A stretch of 64,000 bases of DNA from an uncultured Actinomycetes bacterium. GTDB lineage: Bacteria > Actinomycetota > Thermoleophilia > Gaiellales > Gaiellaceae. Positions 63,678 to 64,000 of the stretch are shown here, piece after piece. The stretch covers positions 234,138 to 298,137 of the forward strand of contig CAVUMO010000001.1 of the NCBI GenBank assembly GCA_963742625.1, read 5' to 3'. A program made the position numbers and the translations under genes. Position 1 is the stretch's first letter. Each line of letters begins with the position of its first letter. Below the pieces are notes generated by a model that had not been told where the DNA came from, did no database searches, and was given only the letters and a program-made list of their open reading frames with translations.

Positions 63678-64000
63678 CCGTCGCCGGCGGCGGCGACGAG
63701 CAGCGGTACCGCGCCGCGATCGCCGGCGCCGAGCGCTTCCTCAACGCCTGGCACGGCACCCCGCGCGTCCGCGAACGGCTCGACGCTCTGGCGCAGGAAG
63801 CCGAGGACGGAGAGCGAGGCGATCGCTACGGCGAGGGCGAGCGGCTGCAGCGGCTCGAGCGGCGTGTCGCGGAGCTCCTCGGCAAGGAGGCCGCGGTCGT
63901 TATGCCCAGCGGGACGATGGCGCAGCAGATCGCGATGCGGATCTGGAGCGAGCGACGCCGCAGTCGCACCATCGCCTTTCACCCGACCTGTCATCTCGAG
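63674..64000 (+). CDS. threonine aldolase / beta-eliminating lyase family protein, 5' part (runs off the right edge)
   Basis: The open frame gives ...GDRYGEGERLQRLERRVAELLGKEAAVVMPSGTMAQQIAMRIW... (the PSGTMANQ-type motif). The TTG at 63674 overlaps the gloA stop; this start is tentative. Confidence 0.6.
   Translation, partial: MTVAGGGDEQRYRAAIAGAERFLNAWHGTPRVRERLDALAQEAEDGERGDRYGEGERLQRLERRVAELLGKEAAVVMPSGTMAQQIAMRIWSERRRSRTIAFHPTCHLE

Overview
Very GC-rich, gene-dense chromosomal window. By gene content and style it looks like a high-GC Actinomycetota core region, but no taxon can be proven from the sequence alone. Most of it is housekeeping. It contains the 5' part of glmM with rpsI and rplM, and a TPP-riboswitch-controlled thiN-thiBPQ operon. 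It also contains guaA-guaB, pyrF and pyrE, hup, rph-rdgB-murI, xseAB and a purH-purN-purM ... purF-purL cluster. Around these sit transporters (four EamA/DMT, two MFS, one CDF) and regulators (LuxR, MarR, one ECF sigma). I saw no rRNA, tRNA, CRISPR array, transposase, integrase or prophage genes. Many of the long ORFs in the six-frame track are Arg/Ala/Pro/Gly-rich shadow frames of real genes on the opposite strand and were discarded.

Observations most worth a second look:
1. A TIR-bounded, double-hairpin repeat family of about 80-105 bp (REP/MITE-like or a structured RNA). It occurs as a triple array at 29415-29668, a single copy at 47371-47470 and a pair at 51891-52100 that abuts the purH stop. 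A related 14-bp-stem palindrome sits in frame inside guaA at 9725-9754.
2. A five-gene, translationally coupled ECF-sigma module at 37952-40808: sigma, an 87-aa protein, a cyclodeaminase-like helical protein, a cytoplasmic S8 subtilase and a GAF protein. It is preceded by a leader bounded by 14-bp inverted repeats and flanked by cNMP-binding proteins.
3. A small acidic peptide gene made of 27-bp tandem repeats encoding SEPENHGGG x4.
4. A 44-bp near-perfect palindrome built around an SOS (Cheo) box, directly upstream of a DnaQ-like exonuclease/GIY-YIG fusion gene.
5. Four conserved genes interrupted by single-nucleotide frame changes, two of them clearly at short homopolymer runs. Two further conserved N-termini (purL, thiP) have no canonical start codon. 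Assembly error and genuine decay or recoding cannot be separated from this sequence.

Four-nucleotide start/stop overlaps (GTGA/ATGA) are pervasive.
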